Origin: Candidatus Moraniibacteriota bacterium
Lineage (GTDB): Bacteria > Patescibacteriota > Minisyncoccia > Moranbacterales > UBA1568
Assembly: GCA_013334245.1 (NCBI GenBank)
Contig: JAAXXZ010000004.1
Location: 127 to 64,126 of the forward strand
Direction of reading: 5' to 3'
DNA: 64,000 nucleotides
Below are positions 49,698 through 58,548 of the stretch, in pieces (the stretch's first letter is position 1; each line of letters opens with the position of its first letter). Position numbers and translations under genes: made by a program. The notes under the pieces were generated by a model. It was given only the letters and a program-made list of their open reading frames with translations, did not search any database and was not told the DNA's origin.

Positions 49698-50240
49698 ATG
49701 AAAACCGAATTCGAAGCCCGGATACTGGAGATCAATGTGGATGCGATCGTGGAGAAACTCGAATCGCTGGGGGCCGAGAAGGTCGCGGAGCGGAAACTGC
49801 GGCGACTCGTCTACGACCTCGAGCCCGGAAACGAGACGTCGTGGATCCGTCTGCGGACGGACGGGACCAAGTCGACCCTGACCGTGAAGGAACACCAAGT
49901 GGAAGGGATCGATGGCATGAAGGAACTGGAGGTCGTCGTGGACGACTTCGATATGGCGAACCTGTTCCTTTCGAAGATCGGCCGGGAGCCGAGGTGGTAC
50001 CAGGAAAACCGTCGGACGAGCTATGTTCTCGACGGTACCGAGATCGAAATCGATTCGTGGCCGCTCATTCCGACGTATCTTGAGATAGAGGGGCGGTCGG
50101 TCGGCGAGGTGGAAGCGATGATCGGGCGACTCGGTTTCTCGCTTGCCGACATGACCACACTCTGTACGAAGGACATCTATTCGAAATACGGCATCGACCT
50201 GCACTCGATCGCGGATCTGCGGTTCGAACAAAACGTTTGA
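49698..50240 (+). CDS. CYTH-domain protein (CyaB/thiamine-triphosphatase-like triphosphate tunnel enzyme), paralogue 1
   Basis: N-terminal E.E.R/K block (EFEARIL) and an eight-strand pattern with acidic clusters. Confidence 0.6.
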   Translation: MKTEFEARILEINVDAIVEKLESLGAEKVAERKLRRLVYDLEPGNETSWIRLRTDGTKSTLTVKEHQVEGIDGMKELEVVVDDFDMANLFLSKIGREPRWYQENRRTSYVLDGTEIEIDSWPLIPTYLEIEGRSVGEVEAMIGRLGFSLADMTTLCTKDIYSKYGIDLHSIADLRFEQNV

Positions 50241-50243
50241 CGT

Positions 50244-50870
50244 ATGATACGAGCGGTCATCTTCGATGTGGACGGGGTGCTGTTGGATTCTTTCGAGGGG
50301 AATCTGAAGTTTTTCGGAGACCTGCTGGAGCACGCGGGATATCCTGCGCCGACGCGGGAGGAATACGCCACGATGATGCATCTTTCCATGTGGGACGTCA
50401 TAAAGGAACGGACCGGTCTGACGGATGACGGGAGGATCCGCGAGATATACGACATCGGGAAGCGGCGTGAGATTCCGTACCCGCTCGACCTTCTGAATGT
50501 GCCGGACGATATCGGTCCGGTGATCGGTGCCTTGGATGAACGATACCTGCTCGGTGTCGTCACGAGCCGTGTCCGGTCGAGCGTTTTCGAGGCGCCGAAA
50601 CTGGTCGAATTGGAAGGGTATTTCAGGACAACGGTCTCGTACGAGGATACGGACGAGCATAAGCCCGCTCCGGAATCGCTCTTGCTCGCGGCAAAGCTCC
50701 TCGGGGTGGCGCCGGGTGAGTCGGTCTATGTCGGGGATACCGAAAGCGACGTGATTGCGGCGCGGGCAGCGGGAATGAAGATCGTACTCTACTCGAAAAC
50801 GGACCGGTTCGGGGCGGACGCATATGCCCGGACCCTTTCCGATATACCAGCTTTGATCGAGTGCTGGTAG
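50244..50870 (+). CDS. HAD-superfamily hydrolase (beta-phosphoglucomutase-like subfamily)
   Basis: Motif I VIFDVDGVLLDS, motif II VTS, motif IV VGDTESD. Confidence 0.75.
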   Translation: MIRAVIFDVDGVLLDSFEGNLKFFGDLLEHAGYPAPTREEYATMMHLSMWDVIKERTGLTDDGRIREIYDIGKRREIPYPLDLLNVPDDIGPVIGALDERYLLGVVTSRVRSSVFEAPKLVELEGYFRTTVSYEDTDEHKPAPESLLLAAKLLGVAPGESVYVGDTESDVIAARAAGMKIVLYSKTDRFGADAYARTLSDIPALIECW

Positions 50871-50996
50871 ATGGGGGGTGAAAGAAACCTATCGGGGAAA
50901 TCGTAACACCCATATGATGCCTGCCGTTTCGGTTTGGCGTTGGTGGTGAAAATCCGCCATTAATTCGAAAAAGCCTGTACGCAGGAAAAAAAGCGT

Positions 50997-51707
50997 ATGA
51001 ATACGAAGAAGATATCCGTCGGTATTATTGCGGCGACCCTGACGCTGTCGGCGCCGCTCGTTGCCGTACATGCTTTTTCTCGCGGTGCCGGTATGGGACA
51101 GGGGAATGATCGTGGAGCTGATCGCGGCGCGATGCGAGGCGGATTACCGTTCCGGACATCGGACGAAGCGGTGTCTGCCTGTTCGGGAAAGAGCAAGGAC
51201 GATTCGTGCTCGTTTACTACCACCATGCCCGGGAACAGCGACCAGTCGGTGACGCTCGACGGGACCTGCCAGAATGTGCGGAAGAGTGAGACCGATAGTA
51301 CGGAGACGCTTTCGTGCCTGCCGGAGAAAAAGGGTGTGCGTGATTTCCGCGGAGAGCAAAACGGTGCCGAGCTGACCCGTTTGCAGAAGGCGGAACAGCT
51401 GAAGACGCGAAAGAGCAGGGAGGTCGCCCAGATCGAAACCCGCATCGGGAAACTGATTGATTTTCTCGGGTCGAAGAACGTCGATACGACTGCCCTCGAG
51501 AGTGAACTTTCGACCCTGAAGGCGAAGGGCCAGACACTTCTGGACAAGACGGACGCGTATGTGACGCTCCAGAAGAACAATGGAAGCGATGCCGATGTCG
51601 CCACTGCGCTTGAGGCGGTGAAAGCGGCCGGCAAGGACATGTGGACCTACTTCCATGATACGCTCCGTCCGGATATCAAGAAGGCCATCGACGGACTTCA
51701 CGACTAG
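50997..51707 (+). CDS. Secreted hypothetical protein
   Basis: Signal peptide and coiled-coil-rich sequence. Confidence 0.4.
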   Translation: MNTKKISVGIIAATLTLSAPLVAVHAFSRGAGMGQGNDRGADRGAMRGGLPFRTSDEAVSACSGKSKDDSCSFTTTMPGNSDQSVTLDGTCQNVRKSETDSTETLSCLPEKKGVRDFRGEQNGAELTRLQKAEQLKTRKSREVAQIETRIGKLIDFLGSKNVDTTALESELSTLKAKGQTLLDKTDAYVTLQKNNGSDADVATALEAVKAAGKDMWTYFHDTLRPDIKKAIDGLHD

Positions 51708-51749
51708 CGCGACAAAAGTCCGACATATCACCATTTTGTGTAATTCCGT

Positions 51750-52070
51750 ATGAAATTGGAAAAGAAACAGATCGTCATCCTTTCAGTCGGTACGGTTGCC
51801 GTACTGGCATTGGTCGGAGGAGCATGGCTCTTGGTATCTTCCCGGCCGAATACGGTCGCGAAGCTGAACCGGACTGCTGCCGAAAATTCCGCCGGTTTTC
51901 CCGGTGATAGGGGAGCGGGTGATGCCACGGACTCCGCCGACGCGGTACAGGATCCGGTCGCTGCGGCTCTGGACGCTCCGGTTACGGATGTCAAAACCAA
52001 GGCCGAGGCGACGAAGGCGATGGGAGATCTCGACACGCTCGTCGATTCCGCCGGTAACGATACGGAGTAG
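51750..52070 (+). CDS. Small membrane-anchored acidic protein
   Basis: N-terminal TM followed by an Asp/Ala-rich tail. Confidence 0.3.
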   Translation: MKLEKKQIVILSVGTVAVLALVGGAWLLVSSRPNTVAKLNRTAAENSAGFPGDRGAGDATDSADAVQDPVAAALDAPVTDVKTKAEATKAMGDLDTLVDSAGNDTE

Positions 52071-52305
52071 GGACGGGTTTCGAAGGCGGCCCGGACATGA
52101 TCCGGGCCGTTTTTGTTTCGCAAATACCCTTGATAATCTTTCTGTTCCGTGGTATCGTTTAATATGCGCAACCGGGACAGGCCGTTTTCGGCCCGGTCAT
52201 ATGGTTGAACTTTCCGCCATTTGAAAATGACCGAGGGTTTCGGTTTTCTTCCGTACCCGATGCGGATCCCTGCGAATCTACCGACGTATGTGCTTTCTTA
52301 ATGAG

Positions 52306-53394
52306 ATGCGTATGAGGAAATTGCGGATCGCCCTGTTGGCACCGGTCGAAGAACGGGTGCCCCCGCCGAAATACGGTGGGACGGAAGTCGTGGTCTATAA
52401 CCTCGCGCAGCACCTGACCCGGATGGGTCACGAGGTGGTATTGTTCGCCACGGGCGATTCCGTGACCGATGCCACGCTCGTCCCGATATTTCCTGAGCCC
52501 ATCCGGACATTGCCGATATCGCGCAATCCGAAAGTCCGGCAGGTGCTGACGATCACGGGCATCGGACGGATGCTCGGATACCTGTCGCAATACGAGTTCG
52601 ACGTGGTGCATAATCATATCGGGTGGCTGTTTCTGCCGTTCGTGCAGACACTGCGCATGCCGGTCGTGACGACCCTGCATGGGTCGCTCGGCAATCCTGA
52701 CGAATCCGAAATCTACCGGTTGTTCGCGGGGGAGAACTATATAAGTATCAGCGACAAGCAACGGGAGTCGGGGCCGTCGGGGATGAACTATATCGCGAAC
52801 ATCTATAACGGGATAGAGATCCCGAGTTTCACGTTCGTTCCGGAACCGGGCCGCTACCTCGCCTTTCTCGCGCGAATCTCCAACGAGAAGGGAGCGCTTG
52901 AAGCCATACGGATCGCCAAAGCGTCGGGAGAGAGGCTCGTCATGGCGGGTAAGGTCGATCCGGCTGACGCGACCTATTTCGAGGAGCAGATCAAGCCGCT
53001 CATCGACGGCGAACAGATAAGATTCATCGGTGAGATCGGACACAAGGACAAAGTGAAGCTGCTTGGGCACGCGAAAGCGATTCTGTGTCCGATCCAGTGG
53101 GACGAACCGTTCGGTCTGTATTTCATCGAGGCGATGGCGTGTGGTACGCCGGTCATCGCGAACCGGCGAGGATCGGTTCCCGAGGTGATTGTCGACGGGG
53201 TGACCGGATACATCGTCGACTCCGTCGACGAAGCTATCGCCCGGGTCGCGGATATCGGTGATATCGACCGCCTGGCGTGTCGCCGGCACGTGGAAGAACA
53301 TTTTTCCGCCGAGGCCATGGCTGCCGGGTATGTCGCCGCCTACGAGGCAGTTCTGGATTGTCGTCACGAGACCGCGTGTTCCGTAATGTTCTGA
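52306..53394 (+). CDS. Family-1 glycosyltransferase (GT4-like, retaining)
   Basis: N-terminal G-rich substrate domain and C-terminal EPFGLYFIEAMACGTPVIA (E-X7-E region). Confidence 0.75.
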   Translation: MRMRKLRIALLAPVEERVPPPKYGGTEVVVYNLAQHLTRMGHEVVLFATGDSVTDATLVPIFPEPIRTLPISRNPKVRQVLTITGIGRMLGYLSQYEFDVVHNHIGWLFLPFVQTLRMPVVTTLHGSLGNPDESEIYRLFAGENYISISDKQRESGPSGMNYIANIYNGIEIPSFTFVPEPGRYLAFLARISNEKGALEAIRIAKASGERLVMAGKVDPADATYFEEQIKPLIDGEQIRFIGEIGHKDKVKLLGHAKAILCPIQWDEPFGLYFIEAMACGTPVIANRRGSVPEVIVDGVTGYIVDSVDEAIARVADIGDIDRLACRRHVEEHFSAEAMAAGYVAAYEAVLDCRHETACSVMF

Positions 53395-53398
53395 TCGG

Positions 53399-53413
53399 CC
53401 CGCTTTACAATAG
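53399..53413 (+). promoter_or_regulatory. CCGCTTTACAATAG motif copy 1 (upstream of rubrerythrin)
   Basis: One of four copies in 5 kb; contains TTTACA / TACAAT promoter-like hexamers. Confidence 0.4.
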
Positions 53414-53466
53414 GCGGTTCTTGCGGGAAAATTGTCGATGGGCGAAGTAATTTTGTTGAAAAGCAT

Positions 53467-53967
53467 ATGGCATCTCATGAAGACCTGATGGCGGCGTTCG
53501 CGGGCGAAAGCCAGGCGAACCGTAAGTACCTCGCGTTCGCGAAGAAGGCGGAAGCCGAAGGCTATCCGGCCGTGGCGAAGCTTTTCCGTGCGGCGGCCGA
53601 GGCCGAGACGGTACACGCGCACGCGCATCTTGCCGCGGCCGGCGGCGTGCAGGATACCGCCGCGAATCTCGAGGCGGCGATTGCAGGGGAACAGTACGAG
53701 TTCACGGATATGTATCCGGGGTTCATCGCGACTGCCGAGGCGGAGGGGAACGTGGCGGCACTCAAGTCTTTCAGGAACGCCGATGCGGTCGAGCACGAGC
53801 ACTACGAGCTCTATCGACAGGCACTCGAGGCAATCAAGGCCGGGCACGATATCGAGGACCTTGCGATCTACGTCTGTCCTGTCTGCGGGCATACCGAGGT
53901 CGGCGTCCGGTCGGAGAAGTGTCCGATTTGCGGCGTCCCGGGAAGCACGTTCATCGAGGTGAAGTAA
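53467..53967 (+). CDS. Rubrerythrin
   Basis: Di-iron four-helix E..H motifs and a C-terminal rubredoxin-like CPVCG...CPICG domain. Confidence 0.85.
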   Translation: MASHEDLMAAFAGESQANRKYLAFAKKAEAEGYPAVAKLFRAAAEAETVHAHAHLAAAGGVQDTAANLEAAIAGEQYEFTDMYPGFIATAEAEGNVAALKSFRNADAVEHEHYELYRQALEAIKAGHDIEDLAIYVCPVCGHTEVGVRSEKCPICGVPGSTFIEVK

Positions 53968-53995
53968 TCTCGCAGATTTCTTTGGAAAAGCGAAA

Positions 53996-54026
53996 AGCCA
54001 TGAAGGTGCGCCTTCATGGCTTTCGT
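53996..54026 (+). terminator. Rho-independent terminator after rubrerythrin
   Basis: AGCCATGAAGG-tgcg-CCTTCATGGCT followed by TTTCG. Confidence 0.6.
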
Positions 54027-54340
54027 GATTGCTGGGATAGTTTTGGGTCACTTGTTTCCGGGAAGTCGCACGCTTTTGTACTGCACGTTTCGCACATACT
54101 TCGATCCGGAACAGAGGATATGGTGGAGAAGGACTATGAGTCCTACTCCGAACAGGGTCCATTTTTTCATGATCAGAGATGGTTGCGTTAAAGAAAAGAG
54201 GGACAATCAGGCGAAAGAGAGGATATCACGCTCTGCAGATGTGTCAAAGATTTCGACGTATGAGGTAAGGAGATGATCGGCTCATATATGCGTGCGCTTC
54301 TTTTTCGGCCGGAACGGACATCCCGCTCGGGATACCGCTG

Positions 54341-54354
54341 TTCGCTTTACAATA
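54341..54354 (+). promoter_or_regulatory. CGCTTTACAATAG motif copy 2
   Basis: Directly upstream of a GGGGAGAGG RBS and the small ORF at 54373. Confidence 0.4.
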
Positions 54355-54372
54355 GTGTCCGGGGAGAGGAAA

Positions 54373-54480
54373 ATGAAGCAGGAAATCATGGCGGAAATTC
54401 ATGGCTATACGCCCGCTACATGTTGCCGATGCCATCACAGGAGTGACGCGAGCGGACGGCCGTCCATTCGCGTCACCTGA
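54373..54480 (+). CDS. Possible 35-aa Cys/His-rich peptide (MKQEIMAEIHGYTPATCCRCHHRSDASGRPSIRVT)
   Basis: Strong SD 5 nt upstream and motif copy 2 upstream; the 3' end is encoded inside the 34-bp palindrome, so it may be a non-coding leader instead. Confidence 0.25.
   Translation: MKQEIMAEIHGYTPATCCRCHHRSDASGRPSIRVT
54443..54476. promoter_or_regulatory. 34-bp nested palindrome GTGACGCGAGCGGACGGCCGTCCATTCGCGTCAC, candidate operator, copy 1
   Basis: 9-bp outer arms GTGACGCGA/TCGCGTCAC and inner GGACGG/CCGTCC arms; 25 bp upstream of the PaaX-like gene start. Confidence 0.45.
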
Positions 54481-54502
54481 TTGAATGATAATGGAGGGAA
54501 AT

Positions 54503-55081
54503 ATGAAACGACTGGGACCGGTGCAGGAAAAGACGCTTCTCATCCTTCTTGGTGTCATCGCGCTTGGGGGTTCGCGCACGATCGTGCGGCAGGCCAGGCT
54601 GGTTTCGGAGCTCCGAAAGGAATGGAAAAAGATCGACCGGAGGAGCGTCGCGCGTTCGCTGAGGCGCCTTTCCGAGGAGAAGCTCATTTCCGAGAAGGTC
54701 TTGCCGGATGAGACCGTCCATTTCGCGCTCACCTCGGAAGGGCGTCGGAAAGCGAGTTTTCTGAACCTGTTCGGTTCGGCCATCACATTCAGGAAGCCGA
54801 AAAAATGGGATGGAAAATGGCGGGTTGTCGCGTTCGATATTCCCGAGAAGAGCCGGTCATTCCGCCGCATCTTGCGCGAGCATCTTCATGAAGCGGAATT
54901 CTATCAGTTGCAGCAAAGCGTGTTCGTATCGCCATATCCTTTCGAGGAGCCGTTTGCGAAGCTCGTGCGGCTGTATGATGCCGAGCCGTACGTCAGGATC
55001 ATGACGGTTTCCTGGATGGATGACGAACTGAAATTGAGGCGCATATTTTTCGGACGTCGCAGGAATCCTTCGAAAGGGTGA
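54503..55081 (+). CDS. PaaX-like winged-helix transcriptional regulator
   Basis: C-terminal block KWDGKWRVVAFDIPEKSRSFRRILREHL...QQSVFVSPYP matches the PaaX C-domain pattern; SD GGAGGG upstream. Confidence 0.55.
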   Translation: MKRLGPVQEKTLLILLGVIALGGSRTIVRQARLVSELRKEWKKIDRRSVARSLRRLSEEKLISEKVLPDETVHFALTSEGRRKASFLNLFGSAITFRKPKKWDGKWRVVAFDIPEKSRSFRRILREHLHEAEFYQLQQSVFVSPYPFEEPFAKLVRLYDAEPYVRIMTVSWMDDELKLRRIFFGRRRNPSKG

Positions 55082-55111
55082 CGTGAGCGGACGGTCGTCA
55101 TTTCGCGCCAC
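55078..55111. promoter_or_regulatory. 34-bp palindrome copy 2 (GTGACGTGAGCGGACGGTCGTCATTTCGCGCCAC), overlapping the regulator stop codon
   Basis: 28 of 34 positions identical to copy 1. Confidence 0.4.
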
Positions 55112-55147
55112 ACTTTTGAGAAGAGTGTGATTTTTCGAATACGGATA

Positions 55148-55162
55148 CCCGCTTTACAATAG
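55148..55162 (+). promoter_or_regulatory. CCCGCTTTACAATAG motif copy 3 with G-rich leader GGGGAGTAGAAAGGGGGTGAAAGGGG
   Basis: Shares the motif and an extended leader with copy 4. Confidence 0.4.
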
Positions 55163-55200
55163 GGTAATTGGGGAGTAGAAAGGGGGTGAAAGGGGTGGGG

Positions 55201-55390
55201 ATGAAGGCATCCGATCTCGTTTTGGGTTAGGGCTGCTCATCGAGGTCGAGCGATTGTCGGACGCAGAAAACGACGAAGCGGTCCAGGAAGACCTGAAAGC
55301 CTTTCTCCTGTCACTCGGCATCGGCAAAATGGACATCGTCACCAAGGGCTACGATACGCTTTTGTATGAGGCGGGAAAATTCGCTTGTTA
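55201..55390 (+). pseudogene. Internally deleted duplicate of the CYTH gene: promoter, leader and first codons fused to the last about 160 bp
   Basis: 55233-55390 is about 90% identical at nucleotide level to 58969-59124; the reading frame is closed after 9 codons (MKASDLVLG*). Confidence 0.6.
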
Positions 55391-55451
55391 AAGGAGTTGG
55401 AGGGGAGGAAAACAGGGGTGTAGGTCTATCGTGATGCTTTCTTCATTGACT

Positions 55452-57839
55452 ATGAAATACGTCAGCTCCCTTTGGAATATCGAGAAAGAAGATAGCGCTA
55501 TCGCTGGAGGAAAAGGCGCTTCGCTTGGTGAGATGATTCGGGCGGGCTTCCCTGTCCCGCCAGGATTTGTCGTTCTTTCAAGTGCTTTTGACGTTTTCTT
55601 GAAGGGGACGGGCTTGAATGCCAAGGTGGAATTGATACTGGAGTCAGTTATTCCCGAAGACACAGGGACAATCGAAAAAGCTTCTGAAAACATCCGATCG
55701 ATTATCCTTGCGGCGGCGATGCCAAGGGAAATTGAAGAGGAAATCAGGAAATCATTCAATGAACTCGGTTCGGAATATGTCGCTGTCAGGTCTTCGGCTA
55801 CCGCCGAGGATTCTGCTGTAGCGGCATGGGCAGGACAGCTCGAAAGCTTTCTTAATACCAATTCGGAAGACTTGCCGAAAAACGTGAAGAGTTGTTGGGC
55901 TTCGCTCTTTACGCCGCGCGCCATAACATATCGGCTCGAAAAAGGATTGGGTTCGCAAAGCATATCAGTCGCTGTCGTCGTTCAGGAAATGGTGGAGAGT
56001 GATACGTCAGGTATTGCCTTTTCCGTCCATCCCGTAACACATGACGTCGACCGTATGTTTATCGAAGCGGGGTACGGGCTTGGTGAAGCGATCGTGTCGG
56101 GGCAGGTTACCCCGGACAGTTATGAGGTGAGAAAAGATCCGATGGAAATAGTGGATAAGAATATTCAATCACCAGCGCGTGGATTATATCGGTCTGATCG
56201 CGGAGGAAACGAATGGCACGATGTGCCTGCGGAGCGGAAGGGGAAGGCGGTTTTGTCGGACGCTGAAATCATAAAGCTGTCGGATATTGTTGTCGGCATA
56301 GAGGGACACTATGGGTTCCCATGCGATATCGAGTGGGCAATCGCAGACGGGCGGCTGTATGTTGTCCAAAGTCGACCGATAACGACACTTGCTGAAAAGC
56401 TCGTGACCGTAGAAAAATTGTTGCTCATGTACAAGGAAGTCAATGTCTGTGGATTGACGATGTCCGTGAACGTCTCGGGTTGGATAGACGAATGGCTGAG
56501 TCGGACCTGCCGCGTAGGCAGTTTCGGGTCGATGGCTTGCCGGTTCCGCGGATATGAGATGGATTTCTATGTGGATAAGGGTCAGTACGAAAAAGCGCAT
56601 TTCGAAATAGTGCGACAGATCGAGGCTGGCACGTATCCCATCGAGTTTTCGACCGAGCGCTCGATGGCGTTGGGTGATCGGATCCTATCGATTGTCCGTT
56701 CGGGTCGTTCGGTATGGGAGGCTATGGACCCTGGGAAAGTCTGCGAAATATTCTCTGAAGTATTCGATTGTAGTCGGAAGCTTTGTTCTTATGGATACAT
56801 TGCCCCCTTATCCGATTTCCCGTACACCTTCATTTCTTCCCGGATGCAGGAGATACTCGAGGCGCGTCACGCTTCGGATGCGGCTGGTCTGAAAATCTTT
56901 TTGAGTACCCCGGAGGCTAGGCGCCCGATGATGCTTGCAAACGAAGAGATGTTTCGGATTATCGCCGAGCAAGGGGACCTCGGATCGTGGCTACAGCGGT
57001 GGTTTTGGATCGATTTCGGTCACATCGGTGCGGTGCTGACCGACGCGTCGGTTCGTGAGAAGTACAAGTTATTATTTGACGATCCCAAACGCGCGACGAC
57101 AGAGCTGCAAAATATCTCTGCAGAATACGGTTCTTTGGAGGAGAAACAGGAAAAAAATATTGGAGAGCTCGGGTTTTCAGATGAAGAGAGACGGATTTTT
57201 CGATATGCACGGGAGATCACGTTTCTGAAGGGGTATCGTGCCGATGTGCTTTCGGCGGCAAACGCATTTTTTGACGCGGTTTTCGAAATCTATTCGAAAA
57301 GACTCGGTATCGGGAAAGACGTTTTCAGGTTTGCGACAAAAGAGGAAGTGGTTGCGCTCATATCGGGAAGCGATATCAATGTCGCGGAAATCCTTGAAAG
57401 GAAAGACTATTCCATTTGGCTTTATACGGACAACGCCTCTGGAATCTTGATACATACCGGCGAACAGGCACGACAGTTTGAAGCAGATCATCTGGCGGAA
57501 GAGCATGTCGTTCATGAGGGAAAAGTTATAAAAGGAAATGTCGCGTACCCCGGTATCGTTGAAGGTACTGTTCGGATTGTGAACTCTCTGGAGGACCTTA
57601 AGAAGATGAATCGCGGAGAAATCCTGGTATCGACGCAGACCACACCGGAACTGCTTCCCGCGATGAGCAAGGCGGCCGCCTTTATTGCCGATGTTGGGGG
57701 GATTATTTCCCATGCCGCCATCGTCGCGAGAGAGATGAAGAAGCCTTGTATCATTGGGACCGAAATCGCATCCAAGGTCCTCAGGGATGGCGATCGGGTT
57801 CGTGTCGATGCCAACTCCGGGGTGATAGAGATAATATGA
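55452..57839 (+). CDS. PEP-utilising enzyme with N-terminal PEP-synthase-type ATP-grasp domain and C-terminal phospho-His swivel domain, with no PEP/pyruvate TIM-barrel domain (rifampin-phosphotransferase-like architecture)
   Basis: N-terminal GGKGASLGEM and ATP-grasp motifs; C-terminal GGIISHAAIVAREMKKPCIIGT mobile domain at the very end of the protein. Confidence 0.7.
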   Translation: MKYVSSLWNIEKEDSAIAGGKGASLGEMIRAGFPVPPGFVVLSSAFDVFLKGTGLNAKVELILESVIPEDTGTIEKASENIRSIILAAAMPREIEEEIRKSFNELGSEYVAVRSSATAEDSAVAAWAGQLESFLNTNSEDLPKNVKSCWASLFTPRAITYRLEKGLGSQSISVAVVVQEMVESDTSGIAFSVHPVTHDVDRMFIEAGYGLGEAIVSGQVTPDSYEVRKDPMEIVDKNIQSPARGLYRSDRGGNEWHDVPAERKGKAVLSDAEIIKLSDIVVGIEGHYGFPCDIEWAIADGRLYVVQSRPITTLAEKLVTVEKLLLMYKEVNVCGLTMSVNVSGWIDEWLSRTCRVGSFGSMACRFRGYEMDFYVDKGQYEKAHFEIVRQIEAGTYPIEFSTERSMALGDRILSIVRSGRSVWEAMDPGKVCEIFSEVFDCSRKLCSYGYIAPLSDFPYTFISSRMQEILEARHASDAAGLKIFLSTPEARRPMMLANEEMFRIIAEQGDLGSWLQRWFWIDFGHIGAVLTDASVREKYKLLFDDPKRATTELQNISAEYGSLEEKQEKNIGELGFSDEERRIFRYAREITFLKGYRADVLSAANAFFDAVFEIYSKRLGIGKDVFRFATKEEVVALISGSDINVAEILERKDYSIWLYTDNASGILIHTGEQARQFEADHLAEEHVVHEGKVIKGNVAYPGIVEGTVRIVNSLEDLKKMNRGEILVSTQTTPELLPAMSKAAAFIADVGGIISHAAIVAREMKKPCIIGTEIASKVLRDGDRVRVDANSGVIEII

Positions 57840-58474
57840 CCACGTTCCCTATGAGACTTATACTTGGCTCGGATATGAGCTTTCTTCTGAAATACGGGTA
57901 CGACCTGACCGGAATTTCGAAGGCGGATATGCGGATCGGGTATGTGACGACAGGGATAAAGGGAGTGCGCACGAAGGAATTTTTCGAGAACGTGGAACGA
58001 CAGATCGTGGAGATCGGATACGATTTCGAGAAGTTCGATATTGAAGGAAAAAGCGTGGAAGAAATGAGGTCGTTCTTCGCGGACAAGAACGTGATCCATA
58101 TCGAAGGCGGTAATACGTTCTATCTATTGAAAGCCATCCGGGAAACCGGTTTCGCCCCAGTGCTTGATGAGCTCCTCAAAGAGGGGAAAGTCTATATCGG
58201 TACGAGTGCGGGATCCTATATAATGTGCCCGTCGATCGAAGTGGCGGATTGGGACGAAACCGGAAAAAGCCGGTTCGGAATGACCGACTTCACCGCTCTC
58301 GGGTATGTCCCATTCGTTCTGAAAGTGCATTACAAGGATGAGAAGGAAGAAACCGTGAGGGAAAAGATGAAGACTGTGCACCATCCGCTCCGATTACTTC
58401 GTGACGGGCAAGGCATCCTCGTCGACAACGGCGTCGAAACCTTCGTCGGTGACGGAGAAGAAACGGTGTTATAG
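57835..58474 (+). CDS. Peptidase E (S51 family)
   Basis: GTSAGS nucleophile region and IHIEGGNTFYLL; ATGA overlap with the preceding stop codon. Confidence 0.75.
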
Positions 58475-58484
58475 GTGAATTATA

Positions 58485-58499
58485 TCCGCTTTACAACGG
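58485..58499 (+). promoter_or_regulatory. TCCGCTTTACAACGG motif copy 4 with the same G-rich leader as copy 3
   Basis: Upstream of the CYTH gene at 58549. Confidence 0.4.
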
Positions 58500-58548
58500 C
58501 GTGTTTGGGGAGTAGAAAGGGGGTGAAAGGGATGGATATTCCGTTCCG

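Noticed and set aside
54016-54276. 86-aa ORF downstream of the rubrerythrin terminator
   Set aside because: No RBS, odd composition, and it overlaps the terminator hairpin; it is more likely non-coding spacer upstream of motif copy 2
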